This document shows, piece by piece, positions 26,368-36,901 of a DNA stretch of 54,011 nucleotides (positions are counted from its first letter, which is position 1; the number at the start of each line of letters is the position of its first letter). This DNA comes from a virus. Lineage: Duplodnaviria > Caudoviricetes. Under the pieces are notes generated by a model that saw only the letters and a list, made by a program, of their open reading frames with translations, did no database searches and was not told the origin of the DNA. The DNA lies in the IMG/VR virus record IMGVR_UViG_3300045966_000076, positions 1-54,011 of that record; one strand, 5' to 3'. A program made the translations under genes and the position numbers.

Positions 26368-29300
26368 TCAAACCATCCACGCGGTCTGGATCTCGTCGTC
26401 GTCTGTCGCGGTGACCGCCGCGCGCCAGCGACTGGCCCGTACCGCCGCCGCCCAGACCTGCTCGGCCGCGAGCTGCTCGGCTTCCTGCTGCGCGCCGGCC
26501 GTCGGGCTGGTCGGCGTCGACGGGAAGAACAGCCGGTGCACGTCGAGGCATTCGAGTCGCACGGTGTACGTCTGCGGGTTCGTCATGTGCCGGACGACGC
26601 GGCAGAGCCGGTCGGTCCAGCCACTCACGCCCGTGCCCTCGATGTTCGTGACCTTGATGACGTCGCCGAGTTCCGTCGACAGGCCCTTCAGGTTCGTCGC
26701 GACCATCACGTACCGCGGCGTCTCTTTGTAGAAGTCGAGTCGGCGCCGGACGATGTCGTTCGCGACGGACGCCGAGCGCACGCCGTACAGCTCGATGACC
26801 GGGCTCCGCTTTTCTTCGCGCCGGTCGGCGATCGCGGTGGCGTCAGCGAGCTCGGCCTCGAGGACGTCCCACGCCGCCTGGCCCTGGCCGACGACGTAGC
26901 GGCGGCGGTAGCTGTGGACGATGATGTTCTCGACCTCGTCCGTCCGCGGCGCCAGCTCGAACGACGCGCGGATGGTGTCGTGCAGCTGCGTGTAGTTCTT
27001 CGCGGCGGCGCCGACCGCACTCGACGTGTCGAGCGCGCTGACGAAGTACGCGCTGTTCCGATTGAAGCCCGACTGACAGTCGGCCGACAGATTCAGGCGC
27101 GCGATCGCCTGGCGCAGCGTGATGTGCTCGCCGTTGACGCCGAACGCGATCACGCCCGGATAGCCGCCGACGAGACGCACGGCGTGCACCGCCTTCAGCG
27201 CGTCGAAGCTGGCGACGTCGACCTGCGGCATGACGGTCCCGTCGACGTCGACCGGCCAGGTCGGCACCGCGAGCGGGCCGCCGGTCTTGTAGTTCTGCAG
27301 GAACCACTGCACAACGAGATCGCGGTAGATGTCGGCGAGCTGCTCGATGAGCGTGCCGGTGCCGTCGCCGGTCGTCTCCTTGCCCTTCACGTTCGCGGTC
27401 AGCGGCTGCGATCCGTCGGCGGCGACGAGCCCGTCGGGCCCGCGCACCATGACGCACGTGAACCGCTCGCCGCCGATGTCGACGTACTGCGGGTTGCCGG
27501 TGTTCGCGAAGTACGTCGAGTAGCCGGTCTTCCCCGGCACGGCGAACGTGACGCCGTACTTGCCGGGGTCGACGCGCACGCCGCCCTGATACAGGTCGAC
27601 GATCTCCTTCACCGCGTGGCCGGCGACGAGGAAGCGGTACCACTGCTGCGACGGGCTCGACAGGTCCATCACGGTGCCGACCGGGATGAGCGGGATCGCG
27701 CCGGTCGGCACGGGGGCGCCCGTGATGTACGTGACGTTCGTGTCAAGGTTGTCGTCGTCGAACTGCGTGGTTCCGACCGGCACCTGCCACACGCGATCCC
27801 ATGTCGCGGCCGGCTCGCGGCGATAGACCTTGTACGAGAGCGGCGCGATCGCGGGGGCCAGCCACTCGACGCGGAACGGGCGGCGATGGCCCTGCCAGGT
27901 GGCGGTGCCGTCGGGGGCCGAGAGCGCGGTTTCGCCGTTCGCGTAGACGGCGCTCACGGCATAGTGGTGGTACTGCCCCCACTGCGACAGGTTCGCACCC
28001 GGCGTGATGTTCGCGGCCGTCACCGGCGTCTGCCACGGCGGGCTCGTCGTGAAGGTCGCGGTCACGGTCGGCGCGGTGACCTCGATGAACTGGGTGACGC
28101 GCGCGCCGTAGTAGTACCAACTGAGATAGACGCGGTACTTCGCGGCGTTGGCGGCCGCCGACCACGTCGCGACGATCGACTGCGAGCCGTTGACGGTGAT
28201 CGTCTGCACGTTGGCGGGGAACGTGCCCCGACTGCCGTTGTGCGGGACGTTCGTGAAGCCGCAGTCGGGATCGGTCTCGCGCCCGCTCGCGTCGACGGCC
28301 GTCACGAAGACGCCGTACTTCGCATCGGGGACGTCGTCCGACACGGTCCCGCCGCCGGCGGTCGTGAGGCCGAGGCCGGTCGGCACGGCGGCATCGGAGA
28401 CGAGCGGCGCGAAGCCGAAGATCTGGTAGCCGTCGTCGACGTGCGCGCCGGTCGCGGTGCCGGTGAGCACCGGCGGCGGGTTCGAGCTGCCGGCATCCGA
28501 CAGATCGCCGTAGAGAATCGGCACCGGCTTCTTCACGGTCGCGATCGGGCAGTCGGGGAACTGCACGCGCGAGATCGTGCGCTGCGGGATCTGCTTCTCC
28601 AGATTCGCCGGGCCGAACTTCGAGGCCAGGAAGTCGCGCGCGATGAACTGCACGTGGAGCGGCGCGCGCGGCTGCACGTCGCGCACGATGCCCCGCACGA
28701 GCACGCGCGGCATCTTCAGCAGCCGGCGGCTCGCGTCGTCGATCATCCGGATGAGCGCCATGCGGTTCTCGATCGTTTTCGATCGATCGGATTCGAGCAG
28801 CGCGCGGATGAGATGCGAGGGCGTCGCGCCGATCGCGGCGTCGCTCGCCAGCCAGGACCACTCCGCCGCCTCGTACTGGCCGAGCCGGTCGGACAGGCCG
28901 CGGTTGATCTCGCCGAAGCCGATGATGCGCGGTTCCTTGTACCCGCCGTAGTAATCAATCGGATCGTTGAGGTCGACCGGCGCCCAGAGATACGTCTTCG
29001 GGTTGCCGCCGGTGTCGACGTGGTCGAGCTCGACCCACGACAGGCCGATGACTTCGCCCGACTGCTGCGGCAGCGTGCCGAAGTCGACCTCGGGCACCGA
29101 CTCGACGCGGAGCGCCAGCCAGAAGAAGTCGCGCACGGTGGCGTCGGTCGTCGTCCAGTTGAGCGTGAACCCGTCGGCGGTGAGCGCCTGCACGTCGCAC
29201 TCCGACCGCAGCGTGCTGTTCGCGTTGAAGTACCGCAGGGCCTTGGCATTCGTGTGCATCCGCTGCGCGTTGCCGAACTGCGCCTGGTCTCCGCCCTGGC

Positions 29301-30282
29301 AGAACTCCGTCACGCCGTCGCCGACGCCGAGCGCCCACTGCACGTGATCGTTATCGACGCCGTTGACGAGGCCGGCGCCGCCGAGCATCACGAGCTCGGG
29401 CTCGAAGGGCACGCCGGTGATCGTCTGCGTGCCGTTCGACGTCGGCTGATCGGCCTCGCCCGACTTACCGCGCACGCCCTTCAGCGCCAGATATAAGACG
29501 CGGCCGGCCGACACGCCGAGGCCTGCGATCTCCTGCCAGCGCACGCGGAAGCCCGACGACAGCATCGTGAGCAGCGAGCCGTGGTCGTTCGGCGAGTTGT
29601 TCGTGTCGATCCACTGGCCGAAGCCGTTGGAGTCGGCCTGCGAGGTCGAGCCGGAGCTGCTGTCGTTCGTCTCCGAGGCGAAGTACGCCTGCGTCAGATC
29701 GGCACACGACCAGCCGAAGGTGCTGGGCCGGCCGTTGCCGACGGCGTCGAAGTCGCCATGATTGCCCGGCCCCGGCCCGACCATCTGCCAGAAGACCAGC
29801 GACGGCTCGAAGCCCACGGTCGTGATGTCCTGATCGATGGATTGATTGGCGGTCGTCGACCGCGTGAACGCGGCGACCTTGGCCTCGACGCCGTTGCCGG
29901 CGATCGCCAGGTAGCTGATGACGTGCGCGGGCGGATCCGGCGTCAGCCCATTCGTCGTCCAGTTGAGCGTGAAGCCGCCGCTGTCGAATGACTGCACCGT
30001 CGCGAGCGCGAGCAGCGAGGTCGTCACGCAAATGATCGCCGCCGCCTCCGACTGGTAATACTGCCCGTTGCCGAAGGTGCCGGATTCCTTCATGCCGGCC
30101 CGCGCGACGCTCGTCACGCCGTCCGAAAAGCCGAAGCTGAAAAACTCCGTCGCGATGTAGCCGTCGGCGAGGTTGTTCCACGAGGTCCAGAAGATGATCG
30201 CCTTGGGCTGGAAGCCGAGCCCGGTGACCTGCTGCGTGCCGGTGCCGAAGCGCGGCGAGAACTCGCCGATCTTCATCGCCAT
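26368..30282 (-). CDS. Tail tip/baseplate hub protein with extra domains
   Basis: 1304 aa; PILYG, ELGDVIKV; N-terminal repeated GFTLNW / (G/P)F(Q/E)P domain. Confidence 0.8.
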   Translation of the reverse strand: MAMKIGEFSPRFGTGTQQVTGLGFQPKAIIFWTSWNNLADGYIATEFFSFGFSDGVTSVARAGMKESGTFGNGQYYQSEAAAIICVTTSLLALATVQSFDSGGFTLNWTTNGLTPDPPAHVISYLAIAGNGVEAKVAAFTRSTTANQSIDQDITTVGFEPSLVFWQMVGPGPGNHGDFDAVGNGRPSTFGWSCADLTQAYFASETNDSSSGSTSQADSNGFGQWIDTNNSPNDHGSLLTMLSSGFRVRWQEIAGLGVSAGRVLYLALKGVRGKSGEADQPTSNGTQTITGVPFEPELVMLGGAGLVNGVDNDHVQWALGVGDGVTEFCQGGDQAQFGNAQRMHTNAKALRYFNANSTLRSECDVQALTADGFTLNWTTTDATVRDFFWLALRVESVPEVDFGTLPQQSGEVIGLSWVELDHVDTGGNPKTYLWAPVDLNDPIDYYGGYKEPRIIGFGEINRGLSDRLGQYEAAEWSWLASDAAIGATPSHLIRALLESDRSKTIENRMALIRMIDDASRRLLKMPRVLVRGIVRDVQPRAPLHVQFIARDFLASKFGPANLEKQIPQRTISRVQFPDCPIATVKKPVPILYGDLSDAGSSNPPPVLTGTATGAHVDDGYQIFGFAPLVSDAAVPTGLGLTTAGGGTVSDDVPDAKYGVFVTAVDASGRETDPDCGFTNVPHNGSRGTFPANVQTITVNGSQSIVATWSAAANAAKYRVYLSWYYYGARVTQFIEVTAPTVTATFTTSPPWQTPVTAANITPGANLSQWGQYHHYAVSAVYANGETALSAPDGTATWQGHRRPFRVEWLAPAIAPLSYKVYRREPAATWDRVWQVPVGTTQFDDDNLDTNVTYITGAPVPTGAIPLIPVGTVMDLSSPSQQWYRFLVAGHAVKEIVDLYQGGVRVDPGKYGVTFAVPGKTGYSTYFANTGNPQYVDIGGERFTCVMVRGPDGLVAADGSQPLTANVKGKETTGDGTGTLIEQLADIYRDLVVQWFLQNYKTGGPLAVPTWPVDVDGTVMPQVDVASFDALKAVHAVRLVGGYPGVIAFGVNGEHITLRQAIARLNLSADCQSGFNRNSAYFVSALDTSSAVGAAAKNYTQLHDTIRASFELAPRTDEVENIIVHSYRRRYVVGQGQAAWDVLEAELADATAIADRREEKRSPVIELYGVRSASVANDIVRRRLDFYKETPRYVMVATNLKGLSTELGDVIKVTNIEGTGVSGWTDRLCRVVRHMTNPQTYTVRLECLDVHRLFFPSTPTSPTAGAQQEAEQLAAEQVWAAAVRASRWRAAVTATDDDEIQTAWMV

Positions 30283-31085
30283 CAGAGCACCAGCCCGCGC
30301 GAGACTTCCGCCAGCGTGAGCCGGATGCGGTTGTCGTTCGTGAAGACGCGCTGCACCGCGCGCGTCGTGTCCTTCCAGCGCATGAGGTAGCAGCGATTGA
30401 TCGCCGGGTCGGGGATGACGAGCGTCGGCACGGCGCGGCCGCCGCACGCGTCCCACCACGCCTCGATCGCGGCGATGCCGGCGTCGGATGTTTCGATCTC
30501 GCCACTCAGCGAGGCGACGCGCGCGCCGAGCTGGTAGATCGTCGAGACCAGATAGTCGGTGACGTGCTCGATGAGCGGGCGCTCGATGCCGTCCTCGACG
30601 CCCCAGAGGACGTTGTGCACGAGCTCGCGCTTCGGCACGAGCATCTTGAACTCACCGAGTTGCACGTTGACGCTGTTCGCGCCGACGACGGCCAGCCGCC
30701 AGAAACGGAACGATCGCGAGCCGATGCCGGTGAGGTCCTTGAACGGATTCACCGGCCACGGCAGGACGGGGTCGGGATCGTAGGCCGGGATCGTGATGGC
30801 CTGGTCGAGCGTCGGCGAGCCCCAGCTGTCGGTCGCGTTGCCTTGGATGCGGACGTTGAGGCCGGCGTCGAGGTTGTGATGGACGATCGCGACGAGGTCG
30901 AGCGTCTGCGCCGACCCGAAGTCCCAGACGATATTCGGCGAGGTCTGCGTCGACTTCCACGGCTTGGCCGGGTTGCCGTCCCAGAGATTCTCGACCGGGT
31001 ACTCGACGACCTGGCTCGACGGGGTCACGAGCGCGGCGTTGTCGACGACGTCGTCGCCGGGATGGGAGTAGACCAGCTTCGCCAT
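30282..31085 (-). CDS. Distal tail protein-like (discoidin-like N-domain)
   Basis: Directly after tape measure; ENLWDGNP..W, WDFG, HNL, RFWRL. Confidence 0.7.
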   Translation of the reverse strand: MAKLVYSHPGDDVVDNAALVTPSSQVVEYPVENLWDGNPAKPWKSTQTSPNIVWDFGSAQTLDLVAIVHHNLDAGLNVRIQGNATDSWGSPTLDQAITIPAYDPDPVLPWPVNPFKDLTGIGSRSFRFWRLAVVGANSVNVQLGEFKMLVPKRELVHNVLWGVEDGIERPLIEHVTDYLVSTIYQLGARVASLSGEIETSDAGIAAIEAWWDACGGRAVPTLVIPDPAINRCYLMRWKDTTRAVQRVFTNDNRIRLTLAEVSRGLVL

Positions 31086-33910
31086 CAGGTCACCGGGATG
31101 CCGAGAATCTGCTGCGCCGACGAGCGGCCGCCGCGGATGTTGTTGGCGAGGTAGTCGTTGAAGAGCGGGCCGATCTCTTCATAGACCAGCTGCCGGATCG
31201 TGTCGATGGTGCCGATCGGCGTGTGCACGTTGAAGGTGACGGAGCCGCCGCCGGCGCCGAGGCCGGTGCGCGCCATCGCCTCGGCCAGCGCGTTGACGAG
31301 CGCGTCCGGCGAGCCGACGATCTCCGGGCCCGCTTCGGCCACGACGCGCAGCGCCGGCCTCGAGAACAGCCCGCCGTGCTGTGCGCCGCCGACGTCGACC
31401 TCGCCGCCCCCGCCGAAGAGCCGGAACCCGCCGCGCGGCCGGTTGATGGCGCGATCGATCGCGGAGTCGTCGACGTCGATCTTCACGGTCGGCGTGTTCG
31501 TGATCGCCTTGCCCAGATCGCCGGTGATCTTCTTGATGAGTTCGTCCAGCTTGTCGATGACGCCCTTGAAGCCCTGGCCGATGGTCATGCTGAAGCTGAG
31601 GCCGGCGTCCTCGGCCGACGCGAACTTGTTGCCGTTCTCGTCGACGAGCAGGCCCAGCTCGGCCATCCGATCAGCGGTCGCCTTCAGCTCGATCGGGATT
31701 TCCTGATTCGCCTTCTTCGCGGTCTGGAAGTACTCGTTGTAGGCGCCGGCCATCTTGCGGATGACGGTGTCGTTGTCGATGCCAGAGCCGACGAGCAGCG
31801 TCATCTCTTCGAGCAGGCCCTGCGCCTGTTCGGTCAGCCGCTGGGCCTGCCACTTCGGGCCCAGCTCTTCGATCGTGAAGCCGTACTTCTCGACGGTGGC
31901 CTGCAGCTTGTCGCGCGCGTCGACCTCGGCCTGCGCCTGGTCGACCTGCTTCTTCTTCACGTCGTCGTAGAACTTCTTGACGTCCTCCATCCAGCGACGA
32001 TTGCCGGCCTCGTCCTTGCGGCCGATGACGTTGAGGCCGATGTGCGCGAGCTTCTCGCCCTCGGCGCCCAGCTTCCGCAGGTCGTCGTACAGCCCGCCCA
32101 GATTGTTGAAGCCGAGCACGTCCTTCGCGAACGACTCGCGCGTACCCTTCGTGACGTTCTTGTTGACCGACAGCAGCTTGTCGACGAGCTGCCCGCCGAA
32201 CGCGCCGACGAGCGTGCCGAGGCCGGGGATGATCGAGCCGAGCGCGCCGCCGATGGTCTTGCCGAGCCCCTTCGAGATCACGCCGCCGAAGTGCTCGGTG
32301 AACTTCTGGCCGACGAACCCGCCGGCCAGGCCGCCGACCGACTTGCCGACGTCGCCGCCGCCGGTGATCGCCGACAGGATGGTCGGGCCGAACAGCTTGC
32401 CGAACTCCGGGCCGAAGTCTCGAACGAGCGCCTGCGCGAACGTCTTGCCGACGCTCGGCGGCGGCGTGAGGCTGACCGTCGCGGCGAACGCGCCCGACAG
32501 ATCGATCGGGCCCTTGTTGATGAACGTCGATCCGAAGTCCCGAATCTGCTGCAGGACCGCCAGCTCTTCCTGCAGCGTGCGCGTCTGTTCGCGCACTTCC
32601 ATCGTGAAGGCGCGCGTCTTCGGCAGCAGCGTGTCGAACCCGCCGCCCACTTGGGCGGTGATGTCCTTCAGCGCCAGATGTTTGATGTAGAGATCGTGCG
32701 CTTCCTTCGAGAGCAGCGGCAGGCCGCCGGCGTCGACTAGCGGCTTGATCTTCGCGAGCATCCGGTCGAGGTTTTCGGGCGCGGCCTTCTGCTCGGCCGT
32801 CATCTTCGCGAAGGCGGCGTTGAGCTGGGTGATCTCGCCGCGCAGCTTCGTGCCGCTCATCTCGTCGACGAGGCCCTCGATTGCCTTGCGCTGCGCTTCG
32901 GCCGCCGCCTTCGCATCCTTCTGCGCCTGGGTCAGCTCGCCCGTCTTCCCGCTCAGCCACGCCGTCGAGTCGCTGAGTTTCTTGTTTTCCGAGGCGAGCA
33001 GTTTTTTGATGTCGGCCGCTTCGAGCTCGGCGAGCTGCTGCTGCTTCAGGTTCCCCATGTAGCCGGCGTGCGCCGCGCCGGCGCCGGCGAAGCCGCCCGA
33101 CAGAAACCCGCCGGCGGTGGCCTTCACGTCGCCGAACAACTTCTGGAAGCCTGCCGCGGCCGGCCCGATGCCGCGCAGCAGGTCGTACATGTTGCCCAGG
33201 TCTTTCGTCAGATTGCCGAGAACCGTGCCGCTCCAGATCGTGATCTGGTTGAAGAAGTTGCCCCAGGCATCCTTCGCGTCGTCGAGGCGCTTGATCGTCT
33301 CTTCCGACATGGTCGCCGCGCCTTCGGCGACGCCGAGGAAGCCGCTACGGATCGCGGGCAGTAGCGTCGCGCCGGATTTGCCGAGCAGCTCCAGCGTGAC
33401 CTGCGTCTGCTGCATCGGGTTCGGGATCTTCTCGACGGCGGCGACGATCGCCTTGAAGGCGTCTTCCGGTTTCATCTTCCGGAGATCGTCGAGTTCGAGT
33501 CGGGCGATCTTCAGCGCATCGATCGTGCCTTTCGTCGGCGAGGCCAGCACGTCGTTCATCTTGATGATCGACTTCGACACGCCCTCCAAGTCGCCGCCCG
33601 TCTGCCGAGCGGCGTGCGCGAATTGCTGCGCGGCCGTCGTGCCGATGCCCATGCGAGCCGAGAGATCAGAGATCTGCTCGGCGCTGTCGAACACGTGCTT
33701 CGTGAACCCGACGACGGCACCGATGCCGAACGTCACGCCCATCAGCCCGGCGACGCTCTTGAGCGAGCTGGTCATGCCGCCGAGCATTCCGCGCTGCTTC
33801 TCGATGTCGGAGCTGACGCCCTGCACCGACTTCCGGACGGAGTCGAACTCGCCCTTCGTCAGGTTCTTCGCTGAGACGCGGATGACGATCTCTTTGTCCT
33901 GATCAGCCAT
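31085..33910 (-). CDS. Tail tape measure protein
   Basis: 941 aa helical A/G-rich protein after chaperones. Confidence 0.9.
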   Translation of the reverse strand: MADQDKEIVIRVSAKNLTKGEFDSVRKSVQGVSSDIEKQRGMLGGMTSSLKSVAGLMGVTFGIGAVVGFTKHVFDSAEQISDLSARMGIGTTAAQQFAHAARQTGGDLEGVSKSIIKMNDVLASPTKGTIDALKIARLELDDLRKMKPEDAFKAIVAAVEKIPNPMQQTQVTLELLGKSGATLLPAIRSGFLGVAEGAATMSEETIKRLDDAKDAWGNFFNQITIWSGTVLGNLTKDLGNMYDLLRGIGPAAAGFQKLFGDVKATAGGFLSGGFAGAGAAHAGYMGNLKQQQLAELEAADIKKLLASENKKLSDSTAWLSGKTGELTQAQKDAKAAAEAQRKAIEGLVDEMSGTKLRGEITQLNAAFAKMTAEQKAAPENLDRMLAKIKPLVDAGGLPLLSKEAHDLYIKHLALKDITAQVGGGFDTLLPKTRAFTMEVREQTRTLQEELAVLQQIRDFGSTFINKGPIDLSGAFAATVSLTPPPSVGKTFAQALVRDFGPEFGKLFGPTILSAITGGGDVGKSVGGLAGGFVGQKFTEHFGGVISKGLGKTIGGALGSIIPGLGTLVGAFGGQLVDKLLSVNKNVTKGTRESFAKDVLGFNNLGGLYDDLRKLGAEGEKLAHIGLNVIGRKDEAGNRRWMEDVKKFYDDVKKKQVDQAQAEVDARDKLQATVEKYGFTIEELGPKWQAQRLTEQAQGLLEEMTLLVGSGIDNDTVIRKMAGAYNEYFQTAKKANQEIPIELKATADRMAELGLLVDENGNKFASAEDAGLSFSMTIGQGFKGVIDKLDELIKKITGDLGKAITNTPTVKIDVDDSAIDRAINRPRGGFRLFGGGGEVDVGGAQHGGLFSRPALRVVAEAGPEIVGSPDALVNALAEAMARTGLGAGGGSVTFNVHTPIGTIDTIRQLVYEEIGPLFNDYLANNIRGGRSSAQQILGIPVT

Positions 33911-34418
33911 GTCGCTTCGGTCGCTTCTTCATCGCCGGGCTTCGCTCGTGCCGGTCCTGCAAGTCCTGATTTGCCGCCGCTTCAATCACCGCGAACGCCG
34001 CCATCGTCTTCGCCGGCTGATCGGCCGCGCCGCCGGCGACGGGCAGCGATCGGCGCCGGTACGCCAGGCCACCGAAGCCGACCGCCTCCAGCCCGTAGCA
34101 CGTGAAGAACAGCTCGACGAGCGTCTCGGCCTCGACGGTCAACTCGCGTACCGGGCATGTCGTCAGTGCGAGCCGACCAGCTGACCAGACGACGCGGGGC
34201 TCGCGGTCGGGTTTGCCGGCGGGGTGCTCGACGGTCGGTCGGCCTCGGGTGACGCGGTGTCCGTCGAGGCCCCACTCGATGCCGTCGCAGCTGCGCTGTC
34301 CGCAGAGGCCGCGGTCGTGGCACTTGCGGCAGCTGTCGCCGGTCTCGTGCCAGGCGCTTCCTTCGACGGCTCGCTCAAGGAAGCTGCGAAAGCGGACTGT
34401 GACCTCAAGACTTTTTTT
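33903..34418 (-). CDS. Tail assembly chaperone, -1 frameshift extension (gpGT-like)
   Basis: Open -1 frame from slippery site to 33903; CxxC..C..C..CP and LPVAGGAADQP. Confidence 0.8.
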   Translation of the reverse strand, partial: KKSLEVTVRFRSFLERAVEGSAWHETGDSCRKCHDRGLCGQRSCDGIEWGLDGHRVTRGRPTVEHPAGKPDREPRVVWSAGRLALTTCPVRELTVEAETLVELFFTCYGLEAVGFGGLAYRRRSLPVAGGAADQPAKTMAAFAVIEAAANQDLQDRHERSPAMKKRPKRHG

Positions 34419-34921
34419 AGGTCGGCGCTCATCGAGTTCGCCGCGTAGATCGCAACGACGAGCGTGCGCAGGACATCGCCGCGCGCGCAGAAAAACCGCA
34501 CGAGCTGCGCGCCGGTCGTGACCGGCCGGTCCTCGTCGTCGACGATCTGCCCCTCGGGCGCGCTGATGTACTGCTCGATCGCGGCCTGCATGAAGACCTT
34601 CGAGAAGTGCTCGTCGTCTTCATCGGCCGTGCGGTAGGCGGCAAGGGCGGCCGGGTCCAGCTCGTCGCGCCGGCGCTCGTAGATGACGGAGTCGGCGATG
34701 ACGTAGCGGCCGCGCTCGTCCTTCTCCTGCTCGTCGGGCTTCCGGCCGGGCAGCAGCCGCAGCGACGGCGGGTCATTCAGCCGGCGCGAGCCGGCATCGA
34801 ACTCGGCGAACTGCTCGACGTTGAGCCGCGCGATGTGCAGCGTGACCTGTTCGGCCTGGCCGGTCTCGTCGTTGTCGAGCCAGACCGTGTGCTCGTAGTA
34901 CTTCCGCAGTTTGATCGGCAT
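34163..34921 (-). CDS. Tail assembly chaperone (gpG-like)
   Basis: Between tail tube and TMP; RBS AAGGAG. Confidence 0.8.
   Translation of the reverse strand: MPIKLRKYYEHTVWLDNDETGQAEQVTLHIARLNVEQFAEFDAGSRRLNDPPSLRLLPGRKPDEQEKDERGRYVIADSVIYERRRDELDPAALAAYRTADEDDEHFSKVFMQAAIEQYISAPEGQIVDDEDRPVTTGAQLVRFFCARGDVLRTLVVAIYAANSMSADLKKVLRSQSAFAASLSEPSKEAPGTRPATAAASATTAASADSAAATASSGASTDTASPEADRPSSTPPANPTASPASSGQLVGSH
34411..34418 (-). other. Programmed -1 frameshift slippery site
   Basis: CTA AAA AAA G in frame. Confidence 0.85.
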
Positions 34922-35053
34922 GGGATCTCCTTCGTGGGCGTGCACGACGAACCGAAGGAGCGCCGCCGGGGGGACGATTGCCGCCGATGACCGGGATGTC
35001 GTCGGCCGCTCTCGCGCGGGACGCAGATGCGAGCGAACGTCGAACTACGAACT

Positions 35054-36208
35054 TTAGCCGAACGCGAGCAGCAGCTCGTCGTTCTCGCCGTCAGCCGTGG
35101 CGAGGGCCAGGCCCTCGAAGCTCCAGCTGATCTCGGTGTCCGGGTCGTCCATCGTCGGCACCCGGAAGTCGACCTTCGGGCAGCGGATGGCGACGAGATT
35201 GCCCTCGGCGGTGCCGAGCTGCTCGAAGAGCGCCGCCGGCGTGCCCGCTTCAGTCAAGTCGTAGAGCACCGGCTCTTGCGCCGCGTCGGCCCACGTGTCG
35301 AGGCCGATGTCGATGTTGCGCCGGTCGTTGCGGTAGACCTCGCTCGCCTTCGACTGCCCCTGCTCGTTGTTCCGCGCGACGAGATTATTCGTGAGCGTGA
35401 CCGACAGCGTCTTCTTCTTGATGATCGTGTCGTTGATGTAGCAGGTGCCGATGATGCCGCCGGGCGGGTTCTGCGTGCCGATGACGGTGAAGGCCCCCGG
35501 TACGGCGGGAACGCCGGCGCCGGTGAACTGCTCCTTCGCCGGGCCGCTCGCCGACCAGCGTCCTTCTTCGGTCGCGTCAAACGTCAGCTCCAGCTCGTTG
35601 ACGCCGACGCCGACGAGCGCGCGCTTGAACGTGTCGAGGTAGTGCGCGATCGCGAGCGAGATCGCCAGGTTCGACGTCAGCTTGTACGTGACGCAGCCCT
35701 TGACGCTGTCGCCGTTGACGACGGCGCCGGGCAGCGCGGGGGCCCACGTGACGACGGCGCCGGCGACGCTCGTGAGGAAGCGCATGTACCGGATGCCGCC
35801 GGTGACGATCACGACGGCGTCGTTCTTCGCGAGCCCGGCGGCCGAGGTCAGCGTCGCGCCGGTCGTCGTGCCGCCCGAGGCCACGGTCGTCGCCAGCGTG
35901 ACGTTCGTCTTCGAGCCGAAGGCGGCCTCGAAGACCTCGTCGGCTTCCGGCAGCGTGTTCAATGTGCCCGACGGGCGCAGCAGCGCCTCGAGCGGGGCCA
36001 GGCCGGCGCTGACGCGGCGGTCGAAGCGGGTCACGACGGCCGGCGAGGCGCTCTTCTCCGGACTGATGACGCGGTCGAACGGCTGGTAGTCGAAGCCGAG
36101 ATTGATATGGCGCACGGCGTCCGTCGACGCGAACGCCGCGAGCGTCTCGCCGTACGCGGCTTCTTTCTTGACGTAGGTCCGTCCGCGTCGTCCGATTTCA
36201 ATCGCCAT
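35054..36208 (-). CDS. Major tail tube protein
   Basis: KKEAAYG N-terminus; position; no sheath. Confidence 0.85.
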   Translation of the reverse strand: MAIEIGRRGRTYVKKEAAYGETLAAFASTDAVRHINLGFDYQPFDRVISPEKSASPAVVTRFDRRVSAGLAPLEALLRPSGTLNTLPEADEVFEAAFGSKTNVTLATTVASGGTTTGATLTSAAGLAKNDAVVIVTGGIRYMRFLTSVAGAVVTWAPALPGAVVNGDSVKGCVTYKLTSNLAISLAIAHYLDTFKRALVGVGVNELELTFDATEEGRWSASGPAKEQFTGAGVPAVPGAFTVIGTQNPPGGIIGTCYINDTIIKKKTLSVTLTNNLVARNNEQGQSKASEVYRNDRRNIDIGLDTWADAAQEPVLYDLTEAGTPAALFEQLGTAEGNLVAIRCPKVDFRVPTMDDPDTEISWSFEGLALATADGENDELLLAFG

Positions 36209-36413
36209 GTTTTACCTCATCGCCGCTCGCGCGCCGGCGGCGCGGCGTCGGCGCGTCCTCGGCCGGATCGAAGAACTCATCGGGGATCTGGGCGCGGATG
36301 TCCTCGGGCACCGTGTCGAGGTCGACGTGCTGGCCGACGCCGCAGCTGAGGCCGTACTCGCGGCCGGTCGCGACGACGCTGAAGCCCACGCGCACTCGTC
36401 GAATGTTCGGCAT
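36198..36413 (-). CDS. Hypothetical protein
   Basis: Small ORF between terminator protein and tube. Confidence 0.6.
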   Translation of the reverse strand: MPNIRRVRVGFSVVATGREYGLSCGVGQHVDLDTVPEDIRAQIPDEFFDPAEDAPTPRRRRASGDEVKHGD

Positions 36414-36424
36414 GGTCGGTCCCC

Positions 36425-36901
36425 TTACCCGTTCGGCTGCCCGTAGGTGCGACGCAGCGGGATCGCCAGGTCCACGCGGGCCCAGACCTGCGAGCCGTCG
36501 ATCAGCAGGTCCTGCTCGGCCGCGACGATCTGCGTGTCGCGCGCGAGCCCGCCGCGCGTGAGGTCGGCGACGACCGCCTTCTCGATGTCGGCGCAGCCCC
36601 TGAAGAACGTCTTCATGCGGCTGTCGTCGTCGGTCGGGACGGCGATGCTGCACCAGTGCACGGTCACCGGCAGCGTGCGCTTCAGCTCGCCGGCCTGGAA
36701 GTATTCCCACGGCCCCGGTTTCACCTGCAGCACGATGAACGGGCGCGGGCCGGTCGGCTCAAACATCGACTCGATGTCGCGGTCGGGGTCGAGCCGGACG
36801 GCGGTGCCGGCCAGCGTGAAGAAGTACCCGGCTCCGACGGAGATCGCGGCGAGGGCGGCCTGCAGGTTCTTCACGATCAGGTACTCAATCGGCTCCGGCA
36901 T
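36425..36901 (-). CDS. Tail terminator/completion protein
   Basis: Synteny; DIEKAV..D.T.GGLA motif. Confidence 0.75.
   Translation of the reverse strand: MPEPIEYLIVKNLQAALAAISVGAGYFFTLAGTAVRLDPDRDIESMFEPTGPRPFIVLQVKPGPWEYFQAGELKRTLPVTVHWCSIAVPTDDDSRMKTFFRGCADIEKAVVADLTRGGLARDTQIVAAEQDLLIDGSQVWARVDLAIPLRRTYGQPNG

Noticed and set aside
26356-29496. 1046-aa plus-strand ORF and other long plus-strand ORFs (e.g. 41794-44028, 20709-22487, 7691-9205)
   Set aside because: Antisense shadows of GC-rich minus-strand genes; Arg/Ala-rich with no motifs
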